64,000 nt of DNA from an uncultured Candidatus Binatia bacterium (GTDB taxonomy: Bacteria > Desulfobacterota > Binatia > UBA9968 > JAJDTQ01), in assembly GCA_965215605.1 (NCBI GenBank), contig OZ244070.1:992001-1056000 (forward strand), given 5' to 3'. Below are positions 52,591 through 64,000 of the stretch, piece after piece; the stretch's first letter is position 1; every line of letters starts with the position of its first letter. A program made the translations under genes and the position numbers. The notes below the pieces were generated by a model that was not told the DNA's origin, did not search any database, and saw only the letters and a list, made by a program, of their open reading frames with translations.

Positions 52591-53454
52591 TCAAGGCCGG
52601 CTTCCTCCCAGAATCCGGTTGTCGATCAGACGGGCGTTGCCCACCCATGCGCACAGAGCCAGCAGTGTCGGACCGTTGACCTCTTCCACCGCGCGCAACT
52701 CCCTGGGGTCGCAAAGATCCGCGTACTCGAGCCGCGCCAGCGGCTGGCGGGAGATCTCTTCCACCACGGCCTCCCGGATCCTTTGGGCGACGGTCTCGCC
52801 GCCGCGCACCAAGGCCTCCGCTTTGCCCAGGGCGCTTTGAAGACACCGCGCCGCCTCGCGTTCGGCCGGTCCGAGGTAGCGGTTGCGCGAGCTCATGGCC
52901 ACGCCGTCGGGCTCCCGTACCGTGGGGCACTCGACGATGTTTACATCGACGTTCAGGTCCTCGGTCATTCGCCGGATCACCCGCAACTGCTGATAATCCT
53001 TGAGCCCGAACAGGGCCACGTGAGGACGCACGATATTGAACAGCTTCAGCACCACCGTGGCCACACCGCGGAAATGGCCCGGGCGGTGCGCCCCGCACAG
53101 CGGCCGGGCCACCTCCTCCACGTCCACGTAGGTCTGATACCCCGTGGGGTAGATGGCCTCGGCGGTGGGATGGAAGAGCAGATCCACCCGTTCCTCGGTC
53201 AGCAACCGGATGTCCCGCTCCAGATCCCGCGGGTAGCTGTCGAAGTCCTCCGACGGGGCGAACTGGGCCGGATTGGCGAAGATGGACACCACCCGGCAAT
53301 CGCCGTGCTTCCCGGCCTCCCGCACGAGGCTCAGGTGGCCTTCGTGCAGGAAACCCATGGTGGGCACCAGGACGATGCGTTTCCCCTCGCGCCGGGCATG
53401 GTCGCTCCATGCCTGCATGTCCCGGACGCCGCGTATGCCGGATAACGCCGCCAT
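52591..53454 (-). CDS. panC: Pantoate-beta-alanine ligase
   Basis: VPTMGFLHEGH, RPGHFRGV, KDYQQ, AMSSRN, RLIDN; exact start uncertain. Confidence 0.95.
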   Translation of the reverse strand: MAALSGIRGVRDMQAWSDHARREGKRIVLVPTMGFLHEGHLSLVREAGKHGDCRVVSIFANPAQFAPSEDFDSYPRDLERDIRLLTEERVDLLFHPTAEAIYPTGYQTYVDVEEVARPLCGAHRPGHFRGVATVVLKLFNIVRPHVALFGLKDYQQLRVIRRMTEDLNVDVNIVECPTVREPDGVAMSSRNRYLGPAEREAARCLQSALGKAEALVRGGETVAQRIREAVVEEISRQPLARLEYADLCDPRELRAVEEVNGPTLLALCAWVGNARLIDNRILGGSRP

Positions 53455-53515
53455 CACCGAGATCCAATACGGTGGGAAGGCTGGTGTGTGGTGACGCAGG
53501 ACACCAAGGCCGCCG

Positions 53516-54319
53516 TCAGTGGAAGGTATGTTCCTCTGCCGGGAAGGCTTCCGTGCGCACCTCTTCCATGTAGCTCCGGACCGCGCCGCCGACGGTCTCC
53601 TTGAGATTGGCGTATTGCTTGACGAATTTGGGCGTGAAGTCGTCGAACAGGCCCAGCATGTCATGAACCACCAGGATCTGCCCGTCGCAGTGCATGCCGG
53701 CGCCGATGCCGATGGTGGGAATGGACAGGCGCTGGGTGATCTCCCTGGCCAGTTGCACCGGGATGCCTTCCAGCACCACCGCGAAGGCTCCGGCCTGCTC
53801 CACCGCCATGGCGTCGTCGAGGATGGCGTGAGCATCGGCCTCGCCGCGCCCTTGGATCCGGTAGCCGCCGAACTGATGTATCGATTGGGGGGTAAGCCCC
53901 ACGTGACCCATGACCGGCACGCCCATCTTCACCAGCCCCTCGATGGTGGCGGCCTGAGTGACCCCGCCCTCCAGCTTGACGGACTCCGCGCCCCCTTCCT
54001 GGACGAGCCTGCCGGCGTTGCGCTTGGCTTCGTCCACCCCGAGCTGGAACGTCATGAACGGCATGTCCGACACCACCAGGGCGCGCCGCCGTCCCCGGAT
54101 CACCGCCCTGGTGTGGTAGATGACGTCGTCCACGGTCACCGGCAGCGTGCTGTCGTGTCCCTGCACCACGGAACCCAGCGAGTCGCCCACCAGCATGAGA
54201 TCGATGCCGGCTTCGTCCAGAATGCGGGCGAAACAGTAATCATAGGCCGTGAGGCAAACGATCTTCTCCCCTTTTTCCTTCATGCCCCGGACTTCCGGCA
54301 CCGTCATCTTCCGTCCCAT
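53516..54319 (-). CDS. panB: 3-methyl-2-oxobutanoate hydroxymethyltransferase
   Basis: [32 protein letters not shown]. Confidence 0.97.
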   Translation of the reverse strand: MGRKMTVPEVRGMKEKGEKIVCLTAYDYCFARILDEAGIDLMLVGDSLGSVVQGHDSTLPVTVDDVIYHTRAVIRGRRRALVVSDMPFMTFQLGVDEAKRNAGRLVQEGGAESVKLEGGVTQAATIEGLVKMGVPVMGHVGLTPQSIHQFGGYRIQGRGEADAHAILDDAMAVEQAGAFAVVLEGIPVQLAREITQRLSIPTIGIGAGMHCDGQILVVHDMLGLFDDFTPKFVKQYANLKETVGGAVRSYMEEVRTEAFPAEEHTFH

Positions 54320-54348
54320 TCGGCTACCCTCCTCGAACAACGCCCAAC

Positions 54349-54378
54349 AAAAAAGCCTCCCGGACCGATCCGGAAGGC
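54349..54378 (-). terminator. Leader intrinsic terminator upstream of panB
   Basis: GCCUUCCGGA-UCGG-UCCGGGAGGC followed by UUUUUU, about 30 nt before the panB start. Confidence 0.85.
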
Positions 54379-54420
54379 CATCCCGCTACCGTTGGAGACG
54401 ATAGGCGCCAGAATGTCTCA

Positions 54421-54456
54421 TCCGTCTCGGTCCGGCTCCCCCGGATCCAAGCGGGA
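54421..54456 (-). ncRNA. pan RNA motif hairpin (cis-regulatory)
   Basis: CCGCUUGGAUCCGG-loop-CCGGACCGAGACGG with bulged As, in the panBC leader; matches the pan motif as recalled. Confidence 0.75.
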
Positions 54457-54635
54457 AATCGCGTCTTTCTTGCGTCTTTCCTGCGTCTTCCCGGTTCTCC
54501 ATGCGTGGAGTCGGCCGGCTCAGCCTGACCGCTCCGGAGTCTTCCGGAAAGATGCGGGCATATTAGCGCGAAGCGGACGGAAAGTCCAGTGTCGCGTTCC
54601 GCGAGTCGACGTACTTGCGGAACGCGACACTGGCC

Positions 54636-55979
54636 TCACGGCAGCTTGTAGGAGCTGTCCTTGATGAGCGCCCGCAGGTCCTGGCGGAACTCGCCGCGCC
54701 ACTTGGAGAGCACGAGGTCGGCGGGGCACCGTCCCTGTTCGATCAGGTCCCGTAGTGGTTTCAGGTGGATGGTCTCGTCCTCGCCGCGTCTGTTCGTGGC
54801 GTGTTGGCGCACCAAGCCTTCCCAGGCAATGTCGACCATTTCCTTCGCCAGGTCGCCGAGCGAATAGCGACGGAACCGGGCGGCCAAGCCGTGCCGGTGC
54901 GAGTCGTGATACGCCGTCATCCTCTCGTCGAAGGACCACCCCTTGACCAAGTCCCATGCGGCCCCGAGGCAGTCGTTGTCGTAGAAGATGCCCTTGATGA
55001 GCGCCGGCAACGACGGCATCAGCTCCGGCGCCTGACTGTCCGCGGAGCGGAACTCCATGTAGTGCTTCAGGCGCACCTCCGGGAACAGCGTGGTGAGGTG
55101 AAGCTCCCAATCCCCCATGGTGGCATGGTGGCCCTGGTGGCCGCGCTCCAGGAAATTGCGGAACGAGGTCCCGGTCATGTCCACGTAGCCGCCGTCTCGC
55201 GAGATGAGGTACATGGGCACGTCCAGGGCGTATTCCACGTAGTGATGAAAGGTGGCGTCGGGGGAGAAGCAGAACTCCAGGAGCCCGCACCGGTCCGGAT
55301 CGGTGCGGGTCCAGATGTGACCCCGGTAGCTCTTGAAGCCGTTGGGCTTCCCGTCCGAAATAGGCGAATTGGCGAAGGCCGCGCCGATAACCGGCGCCAG
55401 CCCCATGGCCGTCCGGAGCTTGGCCATGGCGTCCCTTTCGTCGCCGTAGTCGATGTTCGCCTGGACCGTGGCGGTCTGTTTCATCATGCGCTGGCCCAGG
55501 GTTCCCACCTTTGCCATGTACGGCCCCATGATGCGGTAGCGCCGCTTGGGCAGCCACTCGATCTCCTCGACTCGGCTGAAGGGTTGGATCCCCAGGCCGA
55601 GGAACACCACGTCGAACCGGCCGGCCACGTCGATGAGCTCGCGGATGTGCTGGGAGAACTCGGCGTTGCTGCAGTGGATGTCGTCGCAGGGCTCGCCGCT
55701 CAGCTCGATCTGCCCGCCCGGTTCCAGGGTGATGGCGTGGTTGCCGCGCTTCAGACCGATGACGAAGCCGTGTTCCTCCTGAGGCTCCCAGCCGTAGTCG
55801 CCGGCCAGGCCTTCGAGGATGACCCGGACGCCCCGCGGGCCGGAATACGAAAGCGCCTTGGCCGTGTCCCGCTCGATGCCCACCTTCTCGTACTCGGTGC
55901 CCACGCGCCACTGTTCCCGGGGCTTTCCGGCCTCGTGGAAGAAGGCTTCCAGCTCGTCTTGTCGCTCTATCACGGCCAT
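54636..55979 (-). CDS. gshA: Glutamate-cysteine ligase (GCS2, plant/alphaproteobacterial type)
   Basis: VGTEYEK, LEPGGQIELSG, QANID, FANSP, HLTTLFPEVRLK. Confidence 0.92.
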   Translation of the reverse strand: MAVIERQDELEAFFHEAGKPREQWRVGTEYEKVGIERDTAKALSYSGPRGVRVILEGLAGDYGWEPQEEHGFVIGLKRGNHAITLEPGGQIELSGEPCDDIHCSNAEFSQHIRELIDVAGRFDVVFLGLGIQPFSRVEEIEWLPKRRYRIMGPYMAKVGTLGQRMMKQTATVQANIDYGDERDAMAKLRTAMGLAPVIGAAFANSPISDGKPNGFKSYRGHIWTRTDPDRCGLLEFCFSPDATFHHYVEYALDVPMYLISRDGGYVDMTGTSFRNFLERGHQGHHATMGDWELHLTTLFPEVRLKHYMEFRSADSQAPELMPSLPALIKGIFYDNDCLGAAWDLVKGWSFDERMTAYHDSHRHGLAARFRRYSLGDLAKEMVDIAWEGLVRQHATNRRGEDETIHLKPLRDLIEQGRCPADLVLSKWRGEFRQDLRALIKDSSYKLP

Positions 55980-56012
55980 GGCAGGGATGATCGGGAACGC
56001 CGGCGGTCCGCG

Positions 56013-57050
<1,038 letters not shown>

Positions 57051-57150
57051 ATCCGTTTATCTTTCGGTCGTGCTCAAATATAGTACCCCGAGAAGATGGG
57101 TCAAGGGTCCAGGCATAAACGCGCCCCTTTTCCCGCTTCTCTCCGGGAAA

Positions 57151-57390
57151 ATGACGGATCTCATCCAACTGCTCGGATACGCATCGGGCGTCTATCTCGT
57201 CGCACCCGACCTGGCAGCGGAGCGGTTGGTCTCGACGCTGGCCGCGATCCACCTCTGCGACGCGGTTCTTTGCCTCGTCATCGCCGGGCAGAGCGGCCGT
57301 CACCGGACCGGCTGGACCTTGGCCGGCCTGTTCCTGGGCGCATGGGGCGCCCTCCCGCTTCTGTTGCAGCGGGGAAAGCATGGGGGATAG
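57151..57390 (+). CDS. Small hypothetical membrane protein (79 aa)
   Basis: Fills the mtnA-ftsZ gap, GC-rich third positions, hydrophobic segments, GR..GW..GLFLG pattern. Confidence 0.6.
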   Translation: MTDLIQLLGYASGVYLVAPDLAAERLVSTLAAIHLCDAVLCLVIAGQSGRHRTGWTLAGLFLGAWGALPLLLQRGKHGG

Positions 57391-57418
57391 CCTTCAGGCC
57401 TCCCCGGCGGCGCCCAAG

Positions 57419-58654
57419 CTAGTCCATCCGTTTGCGCAGGAACGTCGGTATATCGAAGTCATCCTCGCTCACATCATCCTCCTTGAGGTCGTAAGGTTGC
57501 GAGGCGTCCGGAACCTTCTGCCGGTCGTCGTGCGCCCAGGTGGGCTCCTCGAACTCGTCGTCCACGAGCGTCCCGAGGTGGATAACCTTCTTGTCCCCGA
57601 AGTCCTTGGCCCCCAGCCCCAGTGACCCCTGTCTTTGGGCCGCGGGCTTCCGCGGCTCTGCCGTCTCCGCCGCCGGCTCCGGCATGACCCGCCCCTGGGC
57701 GTCGCCGAACCCCGTGGCGATGACGGTGATCCGCAATTCCTCGTCGAGATCGTCGTCGATGACCGCGCCGAAGATGATGGTGGCGTCCTCGTGGGCCTCG
57801 CCCTGGATCAGGGTCGCCGCCTCGTTGACCTCGAACAGGCTCATGTCCGGACCGCCGGTGACGTTGATCAGCACGCCGCGGGCGCCGTTGATGGAAATGT
57901 CCTCCAGAAGCGGGCTGGAGATGGCCTGCTGCGCCGCCTCCACCGCCCGGTTCTCGCCCACCGCCGAGGCCGCGCCCATGAGCGCGAATCCCATCTCCTT
58001 CATGACCGTGCGGACGTCGGCGAAGTCGAGGTTGATGAGCCCCGGCGTCACGATCAGGTCCGCGATGCCCCGGACCGCCTGCGTCACCACGCTGTCCGCG
58101 ACCTTGAACGTTTCCAGCAGCGTCGTGGACTTGCCCGCGATGCTGAGGAGCCGCTGGTTCGGGATGACCACCAGGGTATCCACCTTGTCCTTGAGATCCC
58201 GGATGCCTTCCTCGGCCTGCTGCATGCGGCGCTTCCCCTCGAAGACGAAGGGCTTGGTGACCACGCCCACCGTCAGCGCCCCGAGCTCTTTCGCCACGCT
58301 GGCGATGACCGGCGCGCCACCGGTGCCGGTGCCGCCGCCCATGCCCGCCGTGATGAAGATCATGTCCGCGCCCGTGAGACACTCGCGGATGCGCTCCTTG
58401 TCCTCCATCGCCGCGCGACGGCCCATCTCCGGGTTGGCTCCGGCTCCGAGTCCCTTGGTCAGAGAATCCCCGATCTGGACCTTGATCTCCGCCCGGTTCG
58501 CGTCCAGCGCCTGGCTGTCGGTATTGGCCACGATGAAGTCCACGCCCTTGAGCCCCTCTTCGATCATCGTGTTGACGGCATTTCCGCCGCCCCCGCCGAT
58601 GCCGATGACCTTGATCCGGGCTCCGGAATCAACCGGTTCCACCATCTCAAACAT
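57419..58654 (-). CDS. ftsZ: Cell division protein FtsZ
   Basis: [23 protein letters not shown]-terminal DIPTFLRK. Confidence 0.98.
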   Translation of the reverse strand: MFEMVEPVDSGARIKVIGIGGGGGNAVNTMIEEGLKGVDFIVANTDSQALDANRAEIKVQIGDSLTKGLGAGANPEMGRRAAMEDKERIRECLTGADMIFITAGMGGGTGTGGAPVIASVAKELGALTVGVVTKPFVFEGKRRMQQAEEGIRDLKDKVDTLVVIPNQRLLSIAGKSTTLLETFKVADSVVTQAVRGIADLIVTPGLINLDFADVRTVMKEMGFALMGAASAVGENRAVEAAQQAISSPLLEDISINGARGVLINVTGGPDMSLFEVNEAATLIQGEAHEDATIIFGAVIDDDLDEELRITVIATGFGDAQGRVMPEPAAETAEPRKPAAQRQGSLGLGAKDFGDKKVIHLGTLVDDEFEEPTWAHDDRQKVPDASQPYDLKEDDVSEDDFDIPTFLRKRMD

Positions 58655-58747
58655 AATCCTCCTCCTTTTCCTCGTGTATGACGTTCTGTCGTTTCGTCTC
58701 GAGCGAACAGCCGGATAGGGGGCCGCCCGCCTCCGCCCAATCTCCGG

Positions 58748-59977
58748 CTAGAAAAACTCCCTCAACCATTCCGTCATCCGACCCCGGACCTTGAACAACA
58801 GGGGGTCATTGTCCCGGAAGCGGAAATGATTTCTCTCCTGCTTGCCGAGGCCGTACAGCAGCAACCCGGTGCCGGTGGCGTAGACCGGGCTGGACACCAC
58901 CTCCACCAACCCGGTGACGTTGGCGGCCACGCCTTGACGCACCGGCACGTTGAAGATTCTCTCTGCCATCTCGATCATTCCCGGCAGCAGCGTGGAGCCG
59001 CCGGTCATGACGATGCCCGAGACCAGTTGGTCCTCGTAGCCGGACCGGCCGATCTCCCGCCGTACCAGTTGGAAGACTTCCTCCAGACGGGGTTCGATGA
59101 TCTCGCACAGGATCTGCCGCGACACCGAGCGCGGGCTCCGCCCCCCCACGCTGGGCACCTCGAGCATCTCGTTGCGGTGGGCCGCCTCGGCTGCCGCGCA
59201 GCCGTAACGCTGCTTCAACTGCTCCGCGGCCGCCATCGGCGCATGCAGCCCGGCGGCGATGTCGCCGGTCAGGTGATTGCCCCCCACGCCCAGCACCGCC
59301 GTATGCTTCACCGAGCCGCCCTGGAACAGCGCGATGTCCGTGGTCCCGCCGCCCATGTCCACCAACGCGATCCCGAGCTCCTTCTCTTCCTGAGTCAGGA
59401 CGGCGTCGGCGGAGGCCAGCGGCTCAAGCACGAAGTCGGCGACGTTGAGGCCCGTTCGATTGCAGCACTTGACGATGTTCTGGGCCGCGGTCACGGCTCC
59501 GGTTACGATGTGGACACTGGCCTCGAGCCGGACGCCGGACATGCCCCGGGGCTCCTGGATGCCGCGTTGTCCGTCGATCGCGAATTCCTGCGGCAACACG
59601 TGGAGCACTTCCCGGTCCAGAGAGATGGGCACGGCCTTGGCCGCGTCGATGACACGCTCGACGTCGTCATCGGTCACTTCCTTGTTCTTGACGGCCACGA
59701 CGCCCTGGCTGTTGAACCCCTCGATGTGACTGCCGGCGATGCCGGCGAAGACGGTGTTGATCTCACAGCCGGCCATGAGCTCGGCCTCCTCCACCGCCTT
59801 CTTGATGGATTCCATGGTGGCCTCGATGTTGATCACCACGCCTTTCCTCAATCCACGGGACGGGTGAATGCCGACGCCCACCACCTCCGGGCCCTGGTCG
59901 GTCTGCTCTCCCACCACCGCGCAGACCTTGTGGGTGCCGACGTCGAGTCCGACAACAACATTCGTCTTCTTAGCCAT
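58748..59977 (-). CDS. ftsA: Cell division protein FtsA
   Basis: GLDVGTHK, DMGGGTTD, MTGG; upstream of ftsZ. Confidence 0.97.
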   Translation of the reverse strand: MAKKTNVVVGLDVGTHKVCAVVGEQTDQGPEVVGVGIHPSRGLRKGVVINIEATMESIKKAVEEAELMAGCEINTVFAGIAGSHIEGFNSQGVVAVKNKEVTDDDVERVIDAAKAVPISLDREVLHVLPQEFAIDGQRGIQEPRGMSGVRLEASVHIVTGAVTAAQNIVKCCNRTGLNVADFVLEPLASADAVLTQEEKELGIALVDMGGGTTDIALFQGGSVKHTAVLGVGGNHLTGDIAAGLHAPMAAAEQLKQRYGCAAAEAAHRNEMLEVPSVGGRSPRSVSRQILCEIIEPRLEEVFQLVRREIGRSGYEDQLVSGIVMTGGSTLLPGMIEMAERIFNVPVRQGVAANVTGLVEVVSSPVYATGTGLLLYGLGKQERNHFRFRDNDPLLFKVRGRMTEWLREFF

Positions 59978-60009
59978 GGCTTCCGGTGTCCCTTCCTTGC
60001 ATCATCGGA

Positions 60010-60855
60010 TCACACCCGCCCCCGCGGACGCGCGACCACCTGCCCCTTGAAACTCACGTCCACGGCCTCGAAACGGGCCCCCTGCCCGGGAAACTCCCGC
60101 ACGAACCACCGCAACCGTTCCAGCTTGGCGCTCCAGTCTCCCCAACCCATGTGGAACGGCACGGTGTAGGATACCGGATAGAGCACGATGCCCCCGCCGG
60201 GCTGAAAGCGGATCTCGGACAGGCCCAGCGTGGTGCGCTCCACCGTCCGTCCGAAGGACAGGGCCTCGGCCAGCTTCTCCCGCGTGCCGGGATCCCGCGG
60301 CGAGAGCCCGGCGGCGCGAAGGCCGGTGATGAAGGGAAAGTCCACGGAATCCTGCTCGTCCAGGGCCTTGAAGACCACCCCGTCGTCGGCCACGTAGTAA
60401 AGTTTGTCCAGGGCGACGATGCCTCCGGGTTCCCATTCCTCGATGCGGATCACCAACCGCCCCGGCAGTTCCCGCCGTATCAGGACGCGCTTCACCCAAG
60501 GGTGCTGCCGTACCCTTTCTTCGACCTCGACGGGGTCGATGGTCCAGATTGGCGTGTCGGGTCCCAGCCCCGACATCACCACGATGTCGGCCCCCTTGAT
60601 CTTCTCGGCCCCCAGCACCTTCACCTCCCGGACGGTGAAGTAGGGGTGCGTCAGAATGAAGCTCGAGGTCTCCCGGACCGCGGTCCGAAGCCCGCCCGCC
60701 GCCTGCCCCGCCGCCCACCGGCCCTGGCGGGACAGATCGACGAAATAGCCGGGGTAGAACAACCACCCGAGCAGCGCCAGCGCGCACACGGACGCGCCCG
60801 CCATTCCCCGGCGGCTGGTCAATCGCTTCATGAACCGGACCCGCGGACTACGCAT
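60010..60855 (-). CDS. ftsQ: Cell division protein FtsQ
   Basis: N-terminal TM, POTRA domain (HPWVK..RRELPG); position between ddl and ftsA. Confidence 0.88.
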   Translation of the reverse strand: MRSPRVRFMKRLTSRRGMAGASVCALALLGWLFYPGYFVDLSRQGRWAAGQAAGGLRTAVRETSSFILTHPYFTVREVKVLGAEKIKGADIVVMSGLGPDTPIWTIDPVEVEERVRQHPWVKRVLIRRELPGRLVIRIEEWEPGGIVALDKLYYVADDGVVFKALDEQDSVDFPFITGLRAAGLSPRDPGTREKLAEALSFGRTVERTTLGLSEIRFQPGGGIVLYPVSYTVPFHMGWGDWSAKLERLRWFVREFPGQGARFEAVDVSFKGQVVARPRGRV

Positions 60856-61822
60856 TGCCTGCCTCCCGCGGCGGCGAGGCCGCGCGACCCGCCACGCCGT
60901 TCTTCAGCGCGGCGCCGTCGAGGATCCGCTCCACCAGATCCTCGAAGCCGATGCCGACCCCGGCGGCGATCTCGGGCAAGAGACTCAGGGGGGTCATCCC
61001 CGGCAGCGTGTTGACCTCGAGCACGTACGGCCGCCGCTCCGGCGAGATGCGGAAGTCCACGCGCGGCGCGCCCTCGCAGCCCAGCGTCCGGCAGACCCGC
61101 GCCGCCAACTCCATGGCCCGGCGGTACAGCGGGCCGGGCAAGGGAGCCGGAAAAATGTGCGCGGCCATGCCGGAGGTGTACTTGGCGTCAAAATCGTAGA
61201 AGCCCTTCGCCGGCCTGATCTCCGTGACGCCCAGGGCCTCGCCGTTCAGGAGCCCCACGGTGATCTCCTTGCCGGGCACGTATTGCTCCACCAGCGCGTC
61301 CCGGTCGAACCGGCAGGCCTCGCGGACCGCCCGGGCCATGTCCCTTTGCCGGCGCACGATGACGACTCCGATGCTGGACCCTTCGGTCCGGGGCTTCACC
61401 ACCACGGGCAAAGGCAGCCTCGAAGCCGCCGCTTCGTCCGCGCTCACCACCTGATACGAAGGCGTGGGAATGCGGTTCCGCACCAGCACCTGCTTGGCCA
61501 ATACCTTGTCCATGCACAGCGCCGAAGCGGTCACGCCCGAACCGGTATAGGGTATTCCCATGACCTCCAGCAGTCCCTGCACGCAGCCGTCCTCGCCGAT
61601 CTTTCCGTGAAGCGCGTTGAAGACCACGTCGATCCGCCGTTTCCGGAGCTGCGCGGCCAGGTCCGCGCCGGCGTCGATGAGCGACACCGCCCGATAGCCC
61701 CTTCGTTGCAACGCCCCGGCCACCTCCTTGCCGGACACCAGCGACACGTCCCTTTCCGCGGAAGGGCCGCCGTACAGGACCCCCACGCGCCGGGGTCGGC
61801 GGGCTCCCGACGGCGGCCTCAT
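60848..61822 (-). CDS. ddl: D-alanine-D-alanine ligase
   Basis: GGPSAERDVSL, LHGKIGEDG, EGSSIG, EVNTLPGMT. Confidence 0.96.
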   Translation of the reverse strand: MRPPSGARRPRRVGVLYGGPSAERDVSLVSGKEVAGALQRRGYRAVSLIDAGADLAAQLRKRRIDVVFNALHGKIGEDGCVQGLLEVMGIPYTGSGVTASALCMDKVLAKQVLVRNRIPTPSYQVVSADEAAASRLPLPVVVKPRTEGSSIGVVIVRRQRDMARAVREACRFDRDALVEQYVPGKEITVGLLNGEALGVTEIRPAKGFYDFDAKYTSGMAAHIFPAPLPGPLYRRAMELAARVCRTLGCEGAPRVDFRISPERRPYVLEVNTLPGMTPLSLLPEIAAGVGIGFEDLVERILDGAALKNGVAGRAASPPREAGNA

Positions 61823-62733
61823 TGCGGCCACTCCCCGGCGAGGCGGACCTCGGTCTGCAGCGTCACCGAAAACCGGCTTTCCACCTCGCTGCACACCCGT
61901 TCGATGAGCCCCCTCACGTCCTGTGCCCGGGCGCCGCCGAGATTGAGAATGAAGTTCGCGTGCCGGCGCGAGACCTCGGCGCCGCCCACCCGGAGGCCCT
62001 TGAGCCCCGAGGCCTCGATCAGCCGGCCGGCGTGGTCGCCCGGCGGATTGCGGAACACCGACCCGAAATTGGGATGGCCCGACGGCTGGCTTTCCCGCCG
62101 GTGCGCCATGATGGCCCGCATGCGGGCGTCCACCACTGCCGCCGTTTCCGGCGTCAGGGCCATGCCCACCCGGGTCACGACGGCCCCTGCCGGGAGGCGC
62201 GCCTCACGATAGGCGAACTGCAACTCCTCGCGCCGGAGCGCCAACGCCTCGCCCGCGCGCGTTACCGCGTCAACCCTGGTCACGACCCGCTCCATTTCCG
62301 ATCCGTAGGCCCCGGCGTTCATCACCAGCGAGCCGCCGACGCTGCCGGGAATGCCCTCGGCGAACTCCAGTCCGCCCAGCCCCCGGCGCACGGCCTCCCG
62401 CACCAGCCGGCTCACCGCGTAGGCGGCGCCGACCTCGGCTCCCGCCCCGCGCCAGCGCGCCCTGCGAAACTCCCCCCGCAACCGCAGCACGGCGCCGCGC
62501 ACGCCGAGGTCGCTCACCAGCAGGTTGCTGCCGTTGCCCAGCAGCAGCAGCGGCACGCCGTGGCGCTCCACCGCCTTCAGGCAGGCGGTCAGCCCCGGGC
62601 TCGTATGCGCCTCCAGGAAGCAGTCCGCCGGACCGCCGACCTTGAAGGAGGTGTAACGGGCCAAGGGCTCGCCCGCCTTGACCGCGACCCCGGCGATGCG
62701 GCTCAGGTCCCTGACCAGCCGGTCCGTGGTCAT
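61819..62733 (-). CDS. murB: UDP-N-acetylmuramate dehydrogenase
   Basis: GGPAD, GNGSNLL, GIPGSVGG..MNAGAYG, GSVFRNP, HANF. Confidence 0.96.
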   Translation of the reverse strand: MTTDRLVRDLSRIAGVAVKAGEPLARYTSFKVGGPADCFLEAHTSPGLTACLKAVERHGVPLLLLGNGSNLLVSDLGVRGAVLRLRGEFRRARWRGAGAEVGAAYAVSRLVREAVRRGLGGLEFAEGIPGSVGGSLVMNAGAYGSEMERVVTRVDAVTRAGEALALRREELQFAYREARLPAGAVVTRVGMALTPETAAVVDARMRAIMAHRRESQPSGHPNFGSVFRNPPGDHAGRLIEASGLKGLRVGGAEVSRRHANFILNLGGARAQDVRGLIERVCSEVESRFSVTLQTEVRLAGEWPQ

Positions 62734-63998
62734 GGCATCTGTTCCCGCAAGGAATCAATCAGCGCCTCCCCGACCTTGTGAATGTCCCCGGCCCCCAGGG
62801 TGAGGACCATGTCTCCATCCGCGAGCCTTGGCAGCAGCCTCACGGCCACGTCGTCCTTGTCCTCGATGAACTCCACGTCCATGTGGCCCCGCCGCCGAAT
62901 GGCCCGGTACAACTCCTCCGCGCCGGCCCCCGGCGCCGGTTCCTCGCCGGCGGCGTAGATGTCCGTGAGGATGAGCCGGTGGGCGCGGTCGAACGCGGAA
63001 ACGAAATCCTGAAAGAGGTCCTTCGTCCGACTGTAGCGGTGGGGCTGGAACACCACCGTCAGGGGCCGGTCCCAACCCTCGATGATGGCGCGCAGGGTCG
63101 CCTCGATCTCCGTGGGATGGTGTCCGTAATCATCCATCACCAGCACCCCGGCGATCTCCCCCTTGATCTCCGACCGCCGATGGATGCCGGCGAACGCGCC
63201 CAACGCCGCCGCCGAGGCGGCAAAGTCGATGCCGAGTTCCGTGGCCACGGCGATGGCCGCCAGGGCATTGGCCACGCTGTGCCGTCCGGGCATGGGCAGC
63301 GTGACCGTGCCCAGCGCGCCGCCGCGATACCGCACCGAGAACGTGGTCTCCATCTGCCGGATCCGGACCCCCTCGGCGGTGAAATCGGCATCCCCGGACA
63401 GCCCGTAGGTGACCACCCGCTTCCGGACCCGCGGCAGCAGGCCGCGCACCGTCGGATGGTCGAGGCACAGCACTGCGACGCCGTAGAACGGCACCTTGTT
63501 GATAAATTCCAGGAACGCGTCGGCCAGGGCTTCCGTGGCGCCGTAGTAGTCGATGTGCTCCCGGTCGATGTTGGTCACCACCGCCACCGCGGGCGACAGC
63601 AACAGGAACGTGCCGTCACTCTCGTCGGCCTCGGCCACCAGGATATCGCCGGTGCCCATCTGCGCGTTGCCGGCCAGCGACCGCACCCGGCCGCCGATGA
63701 CCAGCGTCGGATCCATCCGCGCCGCCGTCAGCACGTGGCCGATCATCGACGTGGTGGTGGTCTTCCCGTGGCTCCCTGCCACCGCGATGCCGTATTTCAT
63801 GCGCATGAGCTCGGCGAGCATCTCGGCCCGCGGGATCACCGGGATCTGCCGCTCCTTGGCGGCCGTCACCTCGGGGTTGGAGAACTTCACCGCGGTGGAG
63901 ATCACCACCACCGAGAGCGCCTCCGTAAGGTTTGCGGCATCGTGTCCGATGTGGACCTCCGCCCCCAGGGAGCGCAGCCGCCGGGTGGCCTCGCTTTC
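62730..63998 (-). CDS. murC: UDP-N-acetylmuramate-L-alanine ligase, 5' end outside window
   Basis: AGSHGKTTTT, EADESD, DDYGHHPTE, FQPHRYSR. Confidence 0.96.
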   Translation of the reverse strand, partial: ESEATRRLRSLGAEVHIGHDAANLTEALSVVVISTAVKFSNPEVTAAKERQIPVIPRAEMLAELMRMKYGIAVAGSHGKTTTTSMIGHVLTAARMDPTLVIGGRVRSLAGNAQMGTGDILVAEADESDGTFLLLSPAVAVVTNIDREHIDYYGATEALADAFLEFINKVPFYGVAVLCLDHPTVRGLLPRVRKRVVTYGLSGDADFTAEGVRIRQMETTFSVRYRGGALGTVTLPMPGRHSVANALAAIAVATELGIDFAASAAALGAFAGIHRRSEIKGEIAGVLVMDDYGHHPTEIEATLRAIIEGWDRPLTVVFQPHRYSRTKDLFQDFVSAFDRAHRLILTDIYAAGEEPAPGAGAEELYRAIRRRGHMDVEFIEDKDDVAVRLLPRLADGDMVLTLGAGDIHKVGEALIDSLREQMP

Positions 63999-64000
63999 CT

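Noticed and set aside
52541-54319. Missing panD next to panBC
   Set aside because: panD is often unlinked or replaced; cannot be judged from one window

Overview
High-GC bacterial chromosomal window; gene content and order suggest a deltaproteobacterial-grade organism such as Binatia (inference). 1-28.6 kb is an accessory uptake and catabolism region: a Fur-family-regulated ZnuA/AztC plus AztD pair, several solute-binding proteins without transporters, FAH, amidohydrolases, MaiA and a UbiD-crotonase-CoA ligase operon. It also holds a compact operon with three paralogous heme-oxygenase-like diiron (CADD/PqqC/TenA-fold) proteins, a gamma-glutamyltransferase, two VOC proteins and a TTT receptor, divergent from a signal-peptide-less SBP-fold protein. 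28.8-37.6 kb is a type I R-M island with an HTH-ImmA/IrrE peptidase plus PIN pair between hsdS and hsdR and an in-frame amber stop in hsdR. It is bounded by 28-bp direct repeats that are each a sigma70-like promoter. 37.7-64 kb is core genome: mfd-surA-pdxA-uvrA, iscS-iscA-nifS, lpxL-like, SDR, msrA, tmRNA-smpB, panBC behind a pan-motif attenuator, gshA, mtnA and the end of the dcw cluster (murC to ftsZ). All family calls are from motif recognition, not database searches.
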